A DNA stretch of 64,000 bases, taken from positions 640,001 to 704,000 of the forward strand of contig OY760907.1 of NCBI GenBank assembly GCA_963664195.1, read 5' to 3'. The notes under the pieces are model-generated. The model had not been told where the DNA came from. It worked only from the letters and a program-made list of their open reading frames with translations, and ran no database searches. Positions 9,219-18,910 of this stretch are shown one piece after another. This DNA comes from an uncultured candidate division Zixibacteria bacterium. Its GTDB lineage: Bacteria; Zixibacteria; MSB-5A5; GN15; FEB-12. The position numbers and the translations under genes are program-made. Within the stretch, counting starts at the first letter, position 1. Every line of letters starts with the position of its first letter.

Positions 9219-10226
9219 TCACTCGCCACGCATGCTGTCAATCTGCCGCTGGATCGCCTCAATCCGGGCTTTCATAGCGGCAAGCTCACGTTCCAGCCGG
9301 GCGATATCGGTTACACCGGGTGCGGCACTGGCGGTCTGTGTCTGACCGTCCAACTTGAGCGAGTTTGACCCGTCCGACAGTTTCACCGGCGGAGGAACAG
9401 GGTCGACAGTCCCATAGGCAGTCGGAAAGTAGACAAGATTGAACTGCATGTCGGCGACCGTCACCGATCCGGAAAATTCATAAGCCAGATAGTAATATGT
9501 GTAGGAACCTGCCGAAGGCACCTCGAACATGCTCGTCATACCGAACGGAAAGGAGTACGTTCCGGAAGGTGCGGCGCTGTCAATATGAAAATCCAGATCT
9601 TGATTCCCCGGCAGCGCGTCCGGGACATTGGAAATACCGACTATGGCGTACGAATTGGTGCCAAAAGTATGTTCCGGTAACGTGGCGATTCGTCCGTGAG
9701 CAAGTGCCATGACATACCCTGCGTCGGGACAGTCAATAGTCAGGCTTCCAAGAACGGTGTAGTCCTGATCCTCCAGATACACGTAGTAGGCACCACTAAA
9801 AGCCGCTACCCCCGGTTCATTGACAATATCACCCGCCTGTACACTTCCCGTCCTGAACGAATACGGCACCGTGTTTAGCCGGGTGCGCGGCGAGACTTCC
9901 GGGGCGCCGTCGACGGTGATCCCCAGCCAGCACTCAACGCAGTCAAAGACATCAACACTCAGGGGTGATCCGTTGGAGCCGAGTTCCACAGACAGGAGTC
10001 CATCAGTTGTGGTAATCGTGTGCGATTCCTCCCAGCGGACTACGCCGGTATCGTCGTAGATTCTGAACGTGATGTTGTGGGGAATGTCAGCGACCGGGTT
10101 GCCGTCGGTATCGGTCAGGCAGCCCTGGTAGTTCATCGTTGGGGGAACGTCGGCGATAGCCGGAACCGAAACCATGACCAATGCAGAAGCAATAAGCATC
10201 AGTCCGAGAGTCACAAGTCTGGTCAT
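9219..10226 (-). CDS. Secreted hypothetical protein with C-terminal coiled coil
   Basis: Signal peptide, N-terminal domain VPPTMNYQGxLTDxxG...PRTRLxxVPYS, terminal heptads LERELAAMKARIEAI. Confidence 0.7.
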   Translation of the reverse strand: MTRLVTLGLMLIASALVMVSVPAIADVPPTMNYQGCLTDTDGNPVADIPHNITFRIYDDTGVVRWEESHTITTTDGLLSVELGSNGSPLSVDVFDCVECWLGITVDGAPEVSPRTRLNTVPYSFRTGSVQAGDIVNEPGVAAFSGAYYVYLEDQDYTVLGSLTIDCPDAGYVMALAHGRIATLPEHTFGTNSYAIVGISNVPDALPGNQDLDFHIDSAAPSGTYSFPFGMTSMFEVPSAGSYTYYYLAYEFSGSVTVADMQFNLVYFPTAYGTVDPVPPPVKLSDGSNSLKLDGQTQTASAAPGVTDIARLERELAAMKARIEAIQRQIDSMRGE

Positions 10227-10450
10227 ATCATCCTGTTCCTTTGCTGAAGTCGAATGCCGTTTGAGTACAATATCGTCAGAAATCGGCATTTGGCAACGCA
10301 TTCGTTTGTGGCAACCCCGTCCCCTTGACGTTAGTCCCCCTCACCTCTGCCTGCAGGACATCCTGCACAACGTAAAGATACTCGTTCATGGACCGATACA
10401 ATCCAAAAGGGCAATACTCGAAAAACATCCCATACCGAGAAGGGGCAACG

Positions 10451-10867
10451 ATGTCACTGATTACATGGACTGATGATCTCAGCGTATCGGTTTCCGGAAT
10501 TGACGCGCAGCACAAGAAACTGGTCACGATGATTAACAACCTGCACGACGCTATGCGCGAACGCAAGGGCAATGACGTGATAGGTACAATCCTGAAGGAG
10601 ATGGTTGCATACTCCAAGACTCATTTCAACTATGAAGAAGGTCTGCTGACCAGCGCCGGATATAAGGACCTTGCAAGCCACCGGCAGATTCACGCCAACT
10701 TCATCAAGAAGGCGACGGGCCTGCAGAACGATTTCGAATCTGGAAAGATGGGAGTTACGATGGAAACAATGAAATTTCTGTCGGATTGGCTGGTCAATCA
10801 CATCAAGGGCGAAGACAGGAAGTACATCTCCACGCTGGCCCCGAAACAGGCTGCTCCCACGGCCTAA
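10451..10867 (+). CDS. Bacteriohemerythrin
   Basis: WTDDLSV, IDAQHKKL, HFNYEE, HRQIH and WLVNHIKGED iron-ligand motifs. Confidence 0.93.
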   Translation: MSLITWTDDLSVSVSGIDAQHKKLVTMINNLHDAMRERKGNDVIGTILKEMVAYSKTHFNYEEGLLTSAGYKDLASHRQIHANFIKKATGLQNDFESGKMGVTMETMKFLSDWLVNHIKGEDRKYISTLAPKQAAPTA

Positions 10868-11278
10868 TCATGCAATTCTGTCGAGCACCTCAGAAAAACG
10901 TCTGAGGTGCATCGGTCCCTCGAGCGCCACAGCCGCAAGATAGAACGGCAGACGCCAGCGGTCGCGACGCTCAGAGAACCCCTGATCGATTGGTCTAATC
11001 GCTGAGTATCCGTCGAAAACGTCCATCGGCACCGGTTGCCAGGCGTCGAGCCAAAACATTTCGATCAGATTGTGCTGGAGAGTGGTTTCCTCGTCGGAGT
11101 ATATTCGGAGCACAAACCGTTGGCCATCTTGGGTGATGATGCGAAACATCGTATTAGTGGCAATGACAAGAAAAGACACAGTCTTGACTCTGAGACTATA
11201 GTGTTCGAGGGCTTTGAGGCACAAGTGCCTCAATCGCATTATATTACCTCGGATTGTCAGATTCTGAAACGGTTTCAA
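10868..11278 (-). pseudogene. Internally deleted or chimeric APH/fructosamine-kinase-like phosphotransferase
   Basis: N-lobe (TNTMFRI..GQRFVLRIY..EMFWL) joined near 11041 to a kinase C-terminal tail (FDGYSAIRPIDQGFSERR); HGD and DxE catalytic motifs absent. Confidence 0.55.
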
Positions 11279-11498
11279 CAGGCTCCCTCTCTGGCCGCTC
11301 TGATTCTCAATACTGCTTGATACGCAAAGAGATAGCCGTTTGTATCGATCATCCCCAGCGTCTCGGATGTAGTGTGGGAGTCTGCGGCAGATTCAAGATA
11401 AGTACATATTTGCCGATTACTCTGACCAGGGGTAAGTGCCGCCCGATTGCTTCGGCAGGAGCCTCAACGTGAGATGACAGTACAAAGGGGCTCGACAA

Positions 11499-12665
11499 AT
11501 GACGCAATCGATTGCCGGCAAGACCGGCCCAAAAACCGCAATATCAAAAGGTACTTCGGTAAGCCGGAACGAGGCTACCGCAGCGGCGGAACTTGCGGAA
11601 CAAATCCACCAGCCAGATGCATCTGTGGCTGTAGTATTCGCGTCCTCCCATTACGATCTGGACACACTCGGGCCGTGTCTCAAAGACGCTTTCGGAAACT
11701 GTCCGGTAATTGGCTGTTCCACTGCTGGAGAGATTACGGACCACGGGTACAGCAATCATTCGCTGACCGGTTTCACGATTGCGGACGACGCGACACGGAT
11801 TGACACCTACACCCTCCCCTCCCTCTCAATGATGACCGCCAGCGACATTCAAGGACTGGCCGAAAACGCGGCCAGGCAAATGACGGCATTCAAGAACCAG
11901 TTTGCCGGGGCCTGCTCGTTTGCTCTGTTCCTGATCGACGGTCTTTCTGGTCTGGAGGAAAAAGTGGTCGCCCAAGTGCACGGTGCTCTGCGAGACGTCC
12001 CGTTGATAGGCGGTTCAGCCGGTGATGATCTGGCATTCGAGCGCACAGCCGTACTCGTTGATGGCCAGTTCAGGTCAGACGTCGCCGTGATCGCTTTGTT
12101 TACCACGACGCTGCCATTTTCCACAGTCAAGACACAGCATTTCGTACCGACGGGAACCAAGCTGGTCATAACCGAGTCCGACCCCGGCACACGGACCGTC
12201 TACGAGATAAACGGCGAGCCGGCTGACGAAGAATACGCTCGGCTGGTGGGAGTCGACATCAATGACCTAAGCCCGGATGTATTCTCGCAGTATCCGATCA
12301 TGCTGAAGATAGGCGGAGAGTATTTCGTCCGGTCGATTCAGCGCCGAAACGACGATGGCTCCCTCAAATTCTACTGCGCGATTGATACCGGCCTGGTCCT
12401 GACAGTCGCACGCGGAGTTGATATTGTCCAGAACCTTCGGCAGACTCTTGATCAGGTAGGTGCCGGACTCAACGACCCTCAGTTGTTGATCACCTGCGAG
12501 TGCGTGCTCCGCCGGTTAGAAGTGCTCAAGAAAGGCTATGCGGCGCACATCAGCGATGTGCTCAAACATCACCAGGCAATCGGTTTCCATTCTTACGGAG
12601 AACAGACGAACTCGATCCATGTCAACCAGACGTTCACAGGCGTAATGATAGGAAGCCGTTCATGA
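11499..12665 (+). CDS. nosP: FIST N/C-domain sensor, NosP-like
   Basis: IGCSTAGEI, LIDGLSGLEE, GGSAGDDL, YFVRSIQ, FYCAIDTG, CxLRRLE, GFxSYGEQ..HVNQT. Confidence 0.85.
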   Translation: MTQSIAGKTGPKTAISKGTSVSRNEATAAAELAEQIHQPDASVAVVFASSHYDLDTLGPCLKDAFGNCPVIGCSTAGEITDHGYSNHSLTGFTIADDATRIDTYTLPSLSMMTASDIQGLAENAARQMTAFKNQFAGACSFALFLIDGLSGLEEKVVAQVHGALRDVPLIGGSAGDDLAFERTAVLVDGQFRSDVAVIALFTTTLPFSTVKTQHFVPTGTKLVITESDPGTRTVYEINGEPADEEYARLVGVDINDLSPDVFSQYPIMLKIGGEYFVRSIQRRNDDGSLKFYCAIDTGLVLTVARGVDIVQNLRQTLDQVGAGLNDPQLLITCECVLRRLEVLKKGYAAHISDVLKHHQAIGFHSYGEQTNSIHVNQTFTGVMIGSRS

Positions 12666-15391
12666 GCAACGACGTTGACGTACAGACACAGTTGGAAAAT
12701 CTGAAACACGAGATCAAGCGCCTGATGAAGGTCAACAGCGTGTTGATGAACCGTGTTGAGCGGAGCGTCGATTCGACGGGCAATGCGTTTTCGCTTTTTG
12801 AGTCGAACATTCTCCTGCAGGAGACTGTCTCCGAACGAACGAGAGAGCTGGCAGAGGCTAATGAGAGCCTCCGGTGCGAGATACGCGAACACGCCCAAGC
12901 CGAACAGACGCTCCGAGAGAGCGAGGAGAAGTACCGCGTTCTCTTTGAGAGCGCCGCCGACATACTCGCCGTCCTTGACTCCGAGGCTCGATTTGTCGAT
13001 CTGAGCAAAAGTTTCCTGGACGAATTCGGAGACGATACGGGAAAGTTTATCGGAGTCAAGGCCAACGAATGCAACCTGATCTCCGATAGCTCCTTAGATA
13101 CCCTGCTCAGTCATTTCGACCTGCTGAGTCGCGGCGAGGCACCTCCAATGATCGAAGTGGAGTGCCGAAATCGTGCCGGTGACCTGATGCCGTATGAACT
13201 GTCGGCGGTACCTGTAATGCGCGATGGGAAGCTGGTGGCGGTCCAGACCAGCCTGCGGAACATAGCGGAGCGCAAAGACAAGGAACGGCAAAGACAGTTG
13301 CGGCTGGAAGCTACTCTTCGGCAGCAAACGGCGCTGATGCGTCTGACATCCGATCCACGTGTCACCGGTGGCTGTCTCGAAGACGCTCTCAGTACCATTC
13401 TGGAGGAGTCCGCCAGGGCGCTGCAAGTAGCCCGCGCAAGCATCTGGTTTCTTGATGATGACGGACAAACCCTGACATGCGCCGACCTTTGGGACAAGAG
13501 CGAAGGAGTCCACAGTTCGGGAATTGTATTACAGTCATCAGACTATCCGGGCTACATGACCGCGATCAGGTCCGAACTTGTCGTTGACGCCCATGATGCC
13601 CTGACGGATCCTCGCACCCGCGAATTCGCAACAGGATATCTTGACGTCCTTAATGTCACGTCACTGCTTGACGCCTCGGTCCGAGTTGGCGGCAAGGTGA
13701 CGGGAGTCGTTTGTTTTGAGCAGGTCGGATTATCCCGTGTCTGGAGTGGCGACGAGATCACATTTGCTTCTGCGGTATCCGATCAGATAGCCCAAGCGGT
13801 CATTGGGTCTGAGCGTTTGGAGGCTGTGAAGGCTCTTAAGGAAAGCGAATCCCGGTACCGCAAACTGTTCAATGCATCAAATGACGCAATCATCATCATG
13901 CAAAATGGCGTTTGCGTTGATTGCAATCTGCACAGCCTGGCGATTTTTCACTGTACCAGCGATCAGATAATAGGGCATTCGCCACACGAGTTTGCCCCGA
14001 CCAGACAACCGGATGGTCAATTCTCAGAAGATGCTGCGAAAGTCAAACTCAGTGCCGTTCTTAATGGTGAACCCCAGTTCTATGAATGGCGGCTCCGACG
14101 GTTCGACGGTGTGGAGTTCGATGCCGAGATCAGTCTAACTTCGATCGGAATTGGGAATGAGACTTTCCTGCAGGCCATCGTCCGGGACATCACAGAGAGA
14201 AAACAGGCCGAGGAGCAACAGGCTCAACTGAAGGATCAGTTGGAGCGAGCCGATCGAATGAAATCTCTTGGAGTGCTGGCTGGCGGCGTGGCTCACGATC
14301 TCAACAATATGTTGGGACCACTTGTGGGATATCCGGACTTGATCCTGCACCAGCTGCCTGCGGACAGTCCCCTCAGAAGGCAGATCAAGCTAATCGGCGA
14401 CTCTGCACAGAGTGCTGCCGATGTCATTCAGGACCTGCTCACGCTTGCCCGTCGTGGCCGGTATGAGATGCAGCCTTTGAATGTCAACGAACTCGTTTCC
14501 CGATACCTTGAGTCACCCGGTTTTGAAAAACTGGTCGCCCTGCATCCGGAAATCAAGGTTGCCGTCAACCTGGACAGTCACCTGTCCAGCATAACCGGAT
14601 CCTCGCCGCATCTCTCAAAAGCGGTGATGAACCTTATCGTGAATGCCTTTGACGCCATGCCTGACGGCGGGAGCCTGACGATTGCCACCGGTTCCGTGTA
14701 CCTTGAGCGACTGCCCAGCGGCTATGAAGATATCAACGCAGGCGATTATATCAGTATCACCGTTAAGGATACCGGCCAGGGTATTGATCCGGATTGCATC
14801 GACAAGATATTCGAACCGTATTACTCCAAGAAGAAAATGGGTACCAGCGGCAGCGGGCTTGGTTTGTCTGTGGTCTACGGTGTCGTCAAGGATCATCGCG
14901 GCTACTACGACATAGTCTCGGAAGTGGGACGGGGCGCGGAGTTCGTCCTCTATTTGCCTGCCTGCAACGAGTCCTGCGTTGCTGAGAGCCAGCCGGAGGT
15001 CAACGACCTGAAAGGACATGAGCGGATTCTGGTGGTCGACGATGTCGCCGAGCAACGCGAGGTTGCCACCGCACTGATCAAGACGCTGGGGTATGAGGCG
15101 GCCAGCGCCTCCTCAGGCCGCGAGGCGGTAAAGTACGTGGAGCACAACCAAGTCGATCTGGTGATGATGGACATGATCTTAGGTGACGACATGGACGGCC
15201 TGGATACGTACGAGGCACTGCTGAACGTTCGCCCCGGCCTGAAGGCCATCATCGTAAGTGGATTCTCTGCAACCGATCGAGTCGCCCGAATGCAGGAACT
15301 TGGCGCCGGTGGATACGTCAAGAAACCGTTCACTCTGAGAACGGTAGCCGAGGCAATCCACGCCGAATTGATTCCTCAACGACAAGTCTGA
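12662..15391 (+). CDS. Hybrid sensor histidine kinase (coiled coil-PAS-GAF-PAS-HisKA-HATPase-REC), NosP-associated
   Basis: ATGA overlap with nosP; N-terminal KVNSVLMNRVERS..AFSLFE; H-box AHDLNN; GSGLGL; C-terminal REC domain. Confidence 0.9.
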   Translation: MSNDVDVQTQLENLKHEIKRLMKVNSVLMNRVERSVDSTGNAFSLFESNILLQETVSERTRELAEANESLRCEIREHAQAEQTLRESEEKYRVLFESAADILAVLDSEARFVDLSKSFLDEFGDDTGKFIGVKANECNLISDSSLDTLLSHFDLLSRGEAPPMIEVECRNRAGDLMPYELSAVPVMRDGKLVAVQTSLRNIAERKDKERQRQLRLEATLRQQTALMRLTSDPRVTGGCLEDALSTILEESARALQVARASIWFLDDDGQTLTCADLWDKSEGVHSSGIVLQSSDYPGYMTAIRSELVVDAHDALTDPRTREFATGYLDVLNVTSLLDASVRVGGKVTGVVCFEQVGLSRVWSGDEITFASAVSDQIAQAVIGSERLEAVKALKESESRYRKLFNASNDAIIIMQNGVCVDCNLHSLAIFHCTSDQIIGHSPHEFAPTRQPDGQFSEDAAKVKLSAVLNGEPQFYEWRLRRFDGVEFDAEISLTSIGIGNETFLQAIVRDITERKQAEEQQAQLKDQLERADRMKSLGVLAGGVAHDLNNMLGPLVGYPDLILHQLPADSPLRRQIKLIGDSAQSAADVIQDLLTLARRGRYEMQPLNVNELVSRYLESPGFEKLVALHPEIKVAVNLDSHLSSITGSSPHLSKAVMNLIVNAFDAMPDGGSLTIATGSVYLERLPSGYEDINAGDYISITVKDTGQGIDPDCIDKIFEPYYSKKKMGTSGSGLGLSVVYGVVKDHRGYYDIVSEVGRGAEFVLYLPACNESCVAESQPEVNDLKGHERILVVDDVAEQREVATALIKTLGYEAASASSGREAVKYVEHNQVDLVMMDMILGDDMDGLDTYEALLNVRPGLKAIIVSGFSATDRVARMQELGAGGYVKKPFTLRTVAEAIHAELIPQRQV

Positions 15392-15521
15392 CCCGTGTCT
15401 GGCCCGCGCCACTTCTTTGCTGTCTTCCTTTGGAACTTGTGGTAGATTGTGTCGTCTATGTGGAAAGAAGCCACAGATGTCGACGCAATTGCACAATCCG
15501 AAACGAAGGAGATGGTGCCTC

Positions 15522-16751
15522 ATGTACTCCAGATTATCGCTGCTGCTGGCAGCCACATTCCTGCTCTCAACTATGGTCTCGTGTACAGACGATGCCGAAC
15601 AGGGGAATGCGGAGGCTGCAATGGAATACAGACTGATAAGACTGCACTACGAAAACACGGGCGGTGAAAAAGGTGTAACCACATTCGGTTACGATAGCGA
15701 CGGTCGCCAGAGAAATGCCATCTGGGAGTTGCTCGACGGTAGTCGGTACTCAATCAATCTCTGCGAATACGATGAAGACGACCGCCTGATACGCAAGTAT
15801 CGCGAGTTCTCTGACAGTCTCACCTCGGAAGAACTCTACGTTTACGATGACCTCGGCAATAGGACTTCAGAGAGCTTCTCCAGATCCGACGGCATCTCAG
15901 GCACCGCCACCTACGAGTATGACCAGGCCGGTCATCCGACGCGGGCCGTGTGTGTCGGGCTTAAGGGGTGGTTCCACGGCATCCTCGACTACACGTGCGA
16001 TTCAAACGGCGTCAAAACGAGCGCATCGATTTCCAAGGAGGGTAAGCAGATTGGCAGCATTGAGTACGCGTATGACTCACACGGCAACCTGACCCGTGAG
16101 CACTGGGACTTTCCGGAGCGTTGGAGCCAGACGTTTACCTACGAATATGACAGCACCGATAGATCAGAACCGCTGCGGTTTACTTCGTCCAATGCCCTGC
16201 TGGCCAATATCGATGGATTCCGACTGAGTGAAGAAAAGTACGACTACTCCGGCACGATCGGTGGCCCCTCGTTTTTTGTGTACGACGACGAGGGCAAGCT
16301 GACGACCAAACGTTTTGAGCGGTCCGATGGATTCAGCACGAAGACCACGTTTCTGTATGACGGACGGGGTAATCTGACAAAGTCGTATCGCCAGTACTCG
16401 AACGGATTGAGTGCAATATTCACGTACGACTTCAATGAGCAGCGCAAACTAGTCAGTCGCTCGTTCATCAAATCTGACGGCACCGGCGGCAGCGAATCGT
16501 ACGAGTACGACGAACAGCCACGACTGATAAGAGCAGACTACGACAAGTTTGACTCCTGGATGACCGGTAGTATTGCTTTTTCCCATGGTCCCGACGGACA
16601 GCTCACCAAAGGGCTGTATCATGCGGAGGAAGGTTGGGAGGCGGACATTCTATTCGACTACGACGAGCACGGTAACCTGGTGAGAGTTCACTGGGCCTTC
16701 CCCGAAGACAAGTACCAAACGTATGAGTTTGAGTACGAAACCGTGCAATAG
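15522..16751 (+). CDS. Lipoprotein with YD-like beta-hairpin repeats in two duplicated halves
   Basis: AAGGAG RBS, lipobox TMVSC, repeated YxYDxxG units; both halves end YDxHGNLxRxHWxFPE..QTxxxEY. Confidence 0.75.
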   Translation: MYSRLSLLLAATFLLSTMVSCTDDAEQGNAEAAMEYRLIRLHYENTGGEKGVTTFGYDSDGRQRNAIWELLDGSRYSINLCEYDEDDRLIRKYREFSDSLTSEELYVYDDLGNRTSESFSRSDGISGTATYEYDQAGHPTRAVCVGLKGWFHGILDYTCDSNGVKTSASISKEGKQIGSIEYAYDSHGNLTREHWDFPERWSQTFTYEYDSTDRSEPLRFTSSNALLANIDGFRLSEEKYDYSGTIGGPSFFVYDDEGKLTTKRFERSDGFSTKTTFLYDGRGNLTKSYRQYSNGLSAIFTYDFNEQRKLVSRSFIKSDGTGGSESYEYDEQPRLIRADYDKFDSWMTGSIAFSHGPDGQLTKGLYHAEEGWEADILFDYDEHGNLVRVHWAFPEDKYQTYEFEYETVQ

Positions 16752-16763
16752 GCAGTAAACGGA

Positions 16764-16791
16764 AAGGCGGGTCTGAGTTCAAACCCGCCTT
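16764..16791 (+). terminator. Hairpin between convergent genes
   Basis: AAGGCGGGT-N10-ACCCGCCTT; short U-tract. Confidence 0.55.
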
Positions 16792-16938
16792 CAGACTTTC
16801 AATTCAACAATCCAACTCTGTCTGACCGACATCATCTCTCTGGTCTGTGAATGCTCACCCGATGCCTAAGAAGTCAAGCTGTGATGTCAATCCAGCAATT
16901 GACCGCGACGTACCGGAGACAGACCGCTCCTGCCGCAA

Positions 16939-18291
16939 TCAATCACCCGTCCGCAGCTTCTTGATGACGTAGCCGTCCTCATATAAGAGGTGCATTTCAT
17001 ACGCCCGACCGTCGTCGCCTACTATAAATCTCGCCCGAATCTCTTCATCATCCTTGAAACCAAACAGATGCTCGGCCAACGGAACCAGCACAAAGTCACC
17101 GTGGGAACTGGATCGGTAGTGCAAACCTGCTTCGTCGTACGTAACCGGTGAAACACCGTACAGCCCGACGTACGCTTCTGCTAAATCCACGGTAGGCTCG
17201 TAAGGATTGGCCTTTGCGTTGCAACCGATCAGCGCCCAGTCAATGCTGTAAAGGGTTACCTTATCAGTGCACTCATCTCGCAGTTTCTCCAGCGCCAGCT
17301 TATATGCCGCATCGAACGCCACGGCAGCAGGGACTTCGAGGTCCGGTGCCACCCCTGTTCCTTCCCAACTGGTGTGGGTTATGGGGCTTTCGTTCCGGCC
17401 GGTAGGAATCTTCAGTGTAATGCCAAGTCGTTCGATGTTGTAAAACTCAACCGGGTTGGCCATACCGCGCGTTGTCTCGCCGACAATGGTCGCTCGTTTG
17501 AGGTTCTTCAGAGCATAGGTGAAAGCCTCCGCCCCCGATGCTGACGAATGACTCACAAGCACGTACAGTTCCATATCATACATCGGCCTGCCGGGGACTG
17601 AACGGTGAGTCCACACCTGCTCCGGCAGATCATTGCCACGATAGTGAAAACTGTGGAGGTGAGTAGGCTCCTTGAAGAAGTAGCTCAGAATGAACGCCAC
17701 CATGGGATCTTCGCCGCCACGGTTCTCGCGGAGGTCAATGATTACGGCGCCGCAGTCGGCCAGGAAGCGCATCGCCGCCGCAGCCTTCTCAGACGCAAAA
17801 AGAGGGTCGTCGAACATGTTAAACTTGAGATAGCCAACATTACCAGGCAGCCATTCGAGCTTGCGAAACTCGAAGTTCCGACGCGCGCGAGTGTCAATGA
17901 TATCCTGCGTGAGCGTGTCACCTTCCGCGAGGTCAGTGCTGTTCGGTTCCAACTCAGACACTCTGATATGGAGATCTCTGCTTTTCTCCTGCAAGTCTTT
18001 CGTCAGCTGGACCGTCAACAGCTCTAGAGCATTGATGTCATCATATTTACCGGATGCGATTTGCTCTCTTACATGCTTTTCCATCTCCAGAGCCACTTCC
18101 GGATAAATATACTTCTCGTCAAACGCGGATAGAACGGTGTCGATAATCTCTGTCTTCTGTTTCATAGATAGTGTACCTTTGATCAAAACTTGACGGCCGT
18201 CAACCGGTGTAGCGATTAACGACACAAGTATGATGCCGAGTATTGTGCACGAAATCGCAACCCTACTCAGATTCGGAATCTTCGTTTTCAC
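16939..18291 (-). CDS. S41 family peptidase (IRBP-like), secreted
   Basis: Signal peptide, NVGYLKF, IIDLRENRGG, SASGAE (catalytic Ser), GETTRG, EGTGVAPD. Confidence 0.9.
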   Translation of the reverse strand: MKTKIPNLSRVAISCTILGIILVSLIATPVDGRQVLIKGTLSMKQKTEIIDTVLSAFDEKYIYPEVALEMEKHVREQIASGKYDDINALELLTVQLTKDLQEKSRDLHIRVSELEPNSTDLAEGDTLTQDIIDTRARRNFEFRKLEWLPGNVGYLKFNMFDDPLFASEKAAAAMRFLADCGAVIIDLRENRGGEDPMVAFILSYFFKEPTHLHSFHYRGNDLPEQVWTHRSVPGRPMYDMELYVLVSHSSASGAEAFTYALKNLKRATIVGETTRGMANPVEFYNIERLGITLKIPTGRNESPITHTSWEGTGVAPDLEVPAAVAFDAAYKLALEKLRDECTDKVTLYSIDWALIGCNAKANPYEPTVDLAEAYVGLYGVSPVTYDEAGLHYRSSSHGDFVLVPLAEHLFGFKDDEEIRARFIVGDDGRAYEMHLLYEDGYVIKKLRTGD

Positions 18292-18788
18292 TTCTGTGTC
18301 CTCACTCTTTTCGGTTGCAGCCGATCAACAATGCGGTCATGTAGAGGTAGACGATCTAGCGCTGCCTCGACGCTCTCAATTGCCTCCAGCAAGTCGTTGC
18401 CACCTCCGCGAGCAACCTCCCGTCCGCATCGCTCAAACGCCCGCCAGACAGGCTGGAGCTGTTCCGTGAGCCTCTTCCCCTTCGGCGTCAGTGCCAGCAA
18501 CCGTCGACGGCGGTCCTTATCGTCTTTCCGAGACGTGAGCAGTCCACGGTCGGACAGCTTGTCTGCAATCTCGATGATCGCTGGATGGGTCAATTCTAAC
18601 GTGTCAGCAATTTCCATGACCGCCGACGGTCCCCGTTGGCCAAGCAGATGGAACACCGGGAACCAGCGGATCTCAAAGTGAATGCCCAGCGTGTCGTACA
18701 CCTGCGTCCCTTCACGAGCCAATCGGTCATTGAGTCGTCTCAAACGGCTTCCCAGTGCAAGGTAACCCAAATCAGTCAAATAGCTCAT
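18288..18788 (-). CDS. MarR family transcriptional regulator
   Basis: LGSRLRRL, winged HTH, DDKDRRRRLLALTPKG; stop overlaps the peptidase start. Confidence 0.88.
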   Translation of the reverse strand: MSYLTDLGYLALGSRLRRLNDRLAREGTQVYDTLGIHFEIRWFPVFHLLGQRGPSAVMEIADTLELTHPAIIEIADKLSDRGLLTSRKDDKDRRRRLLALTPKGKRLTEQLQPVWRAFERCGREVARGGGNDLLEAIESVEAALDRLPLHDRIVDRLQPKRVRTQK

Positions 18789-18813
18789 AGCGTCTCCTGT
18801 GAGCGAGTCTATC

Positions 18814-18843
18814 TATGTAATCCTTTACGTAACTACTTACGTA
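18814..18843. promoter_or_regulatory. Two overlapping 7-4-7 palindromes, candidate MarR operator
   Basis: TATGTAA-TCCT-TTACGTA (18814-18831) and perfect TACGTAA-CTAC-TTACGTA (18826-18843), just upstream of marR. Confidence 0.7.
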
Positions 18844-18910
18844 TTGTTGCAGAGTGAAGTAAGTTTTCCTTTTGGTTCGTATGCTTGGGACGGAGCAGCA
18901 CTTCCAGTGT

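Noticed and set aside
9190..9221. Selenocysteine UGA with SECIS
   Set aside because: The hairpin loop sits closer to the UGA than in known bacterial SECIS elements, there is no redox motif, and the upstream protein ends naturally in a coiled coil
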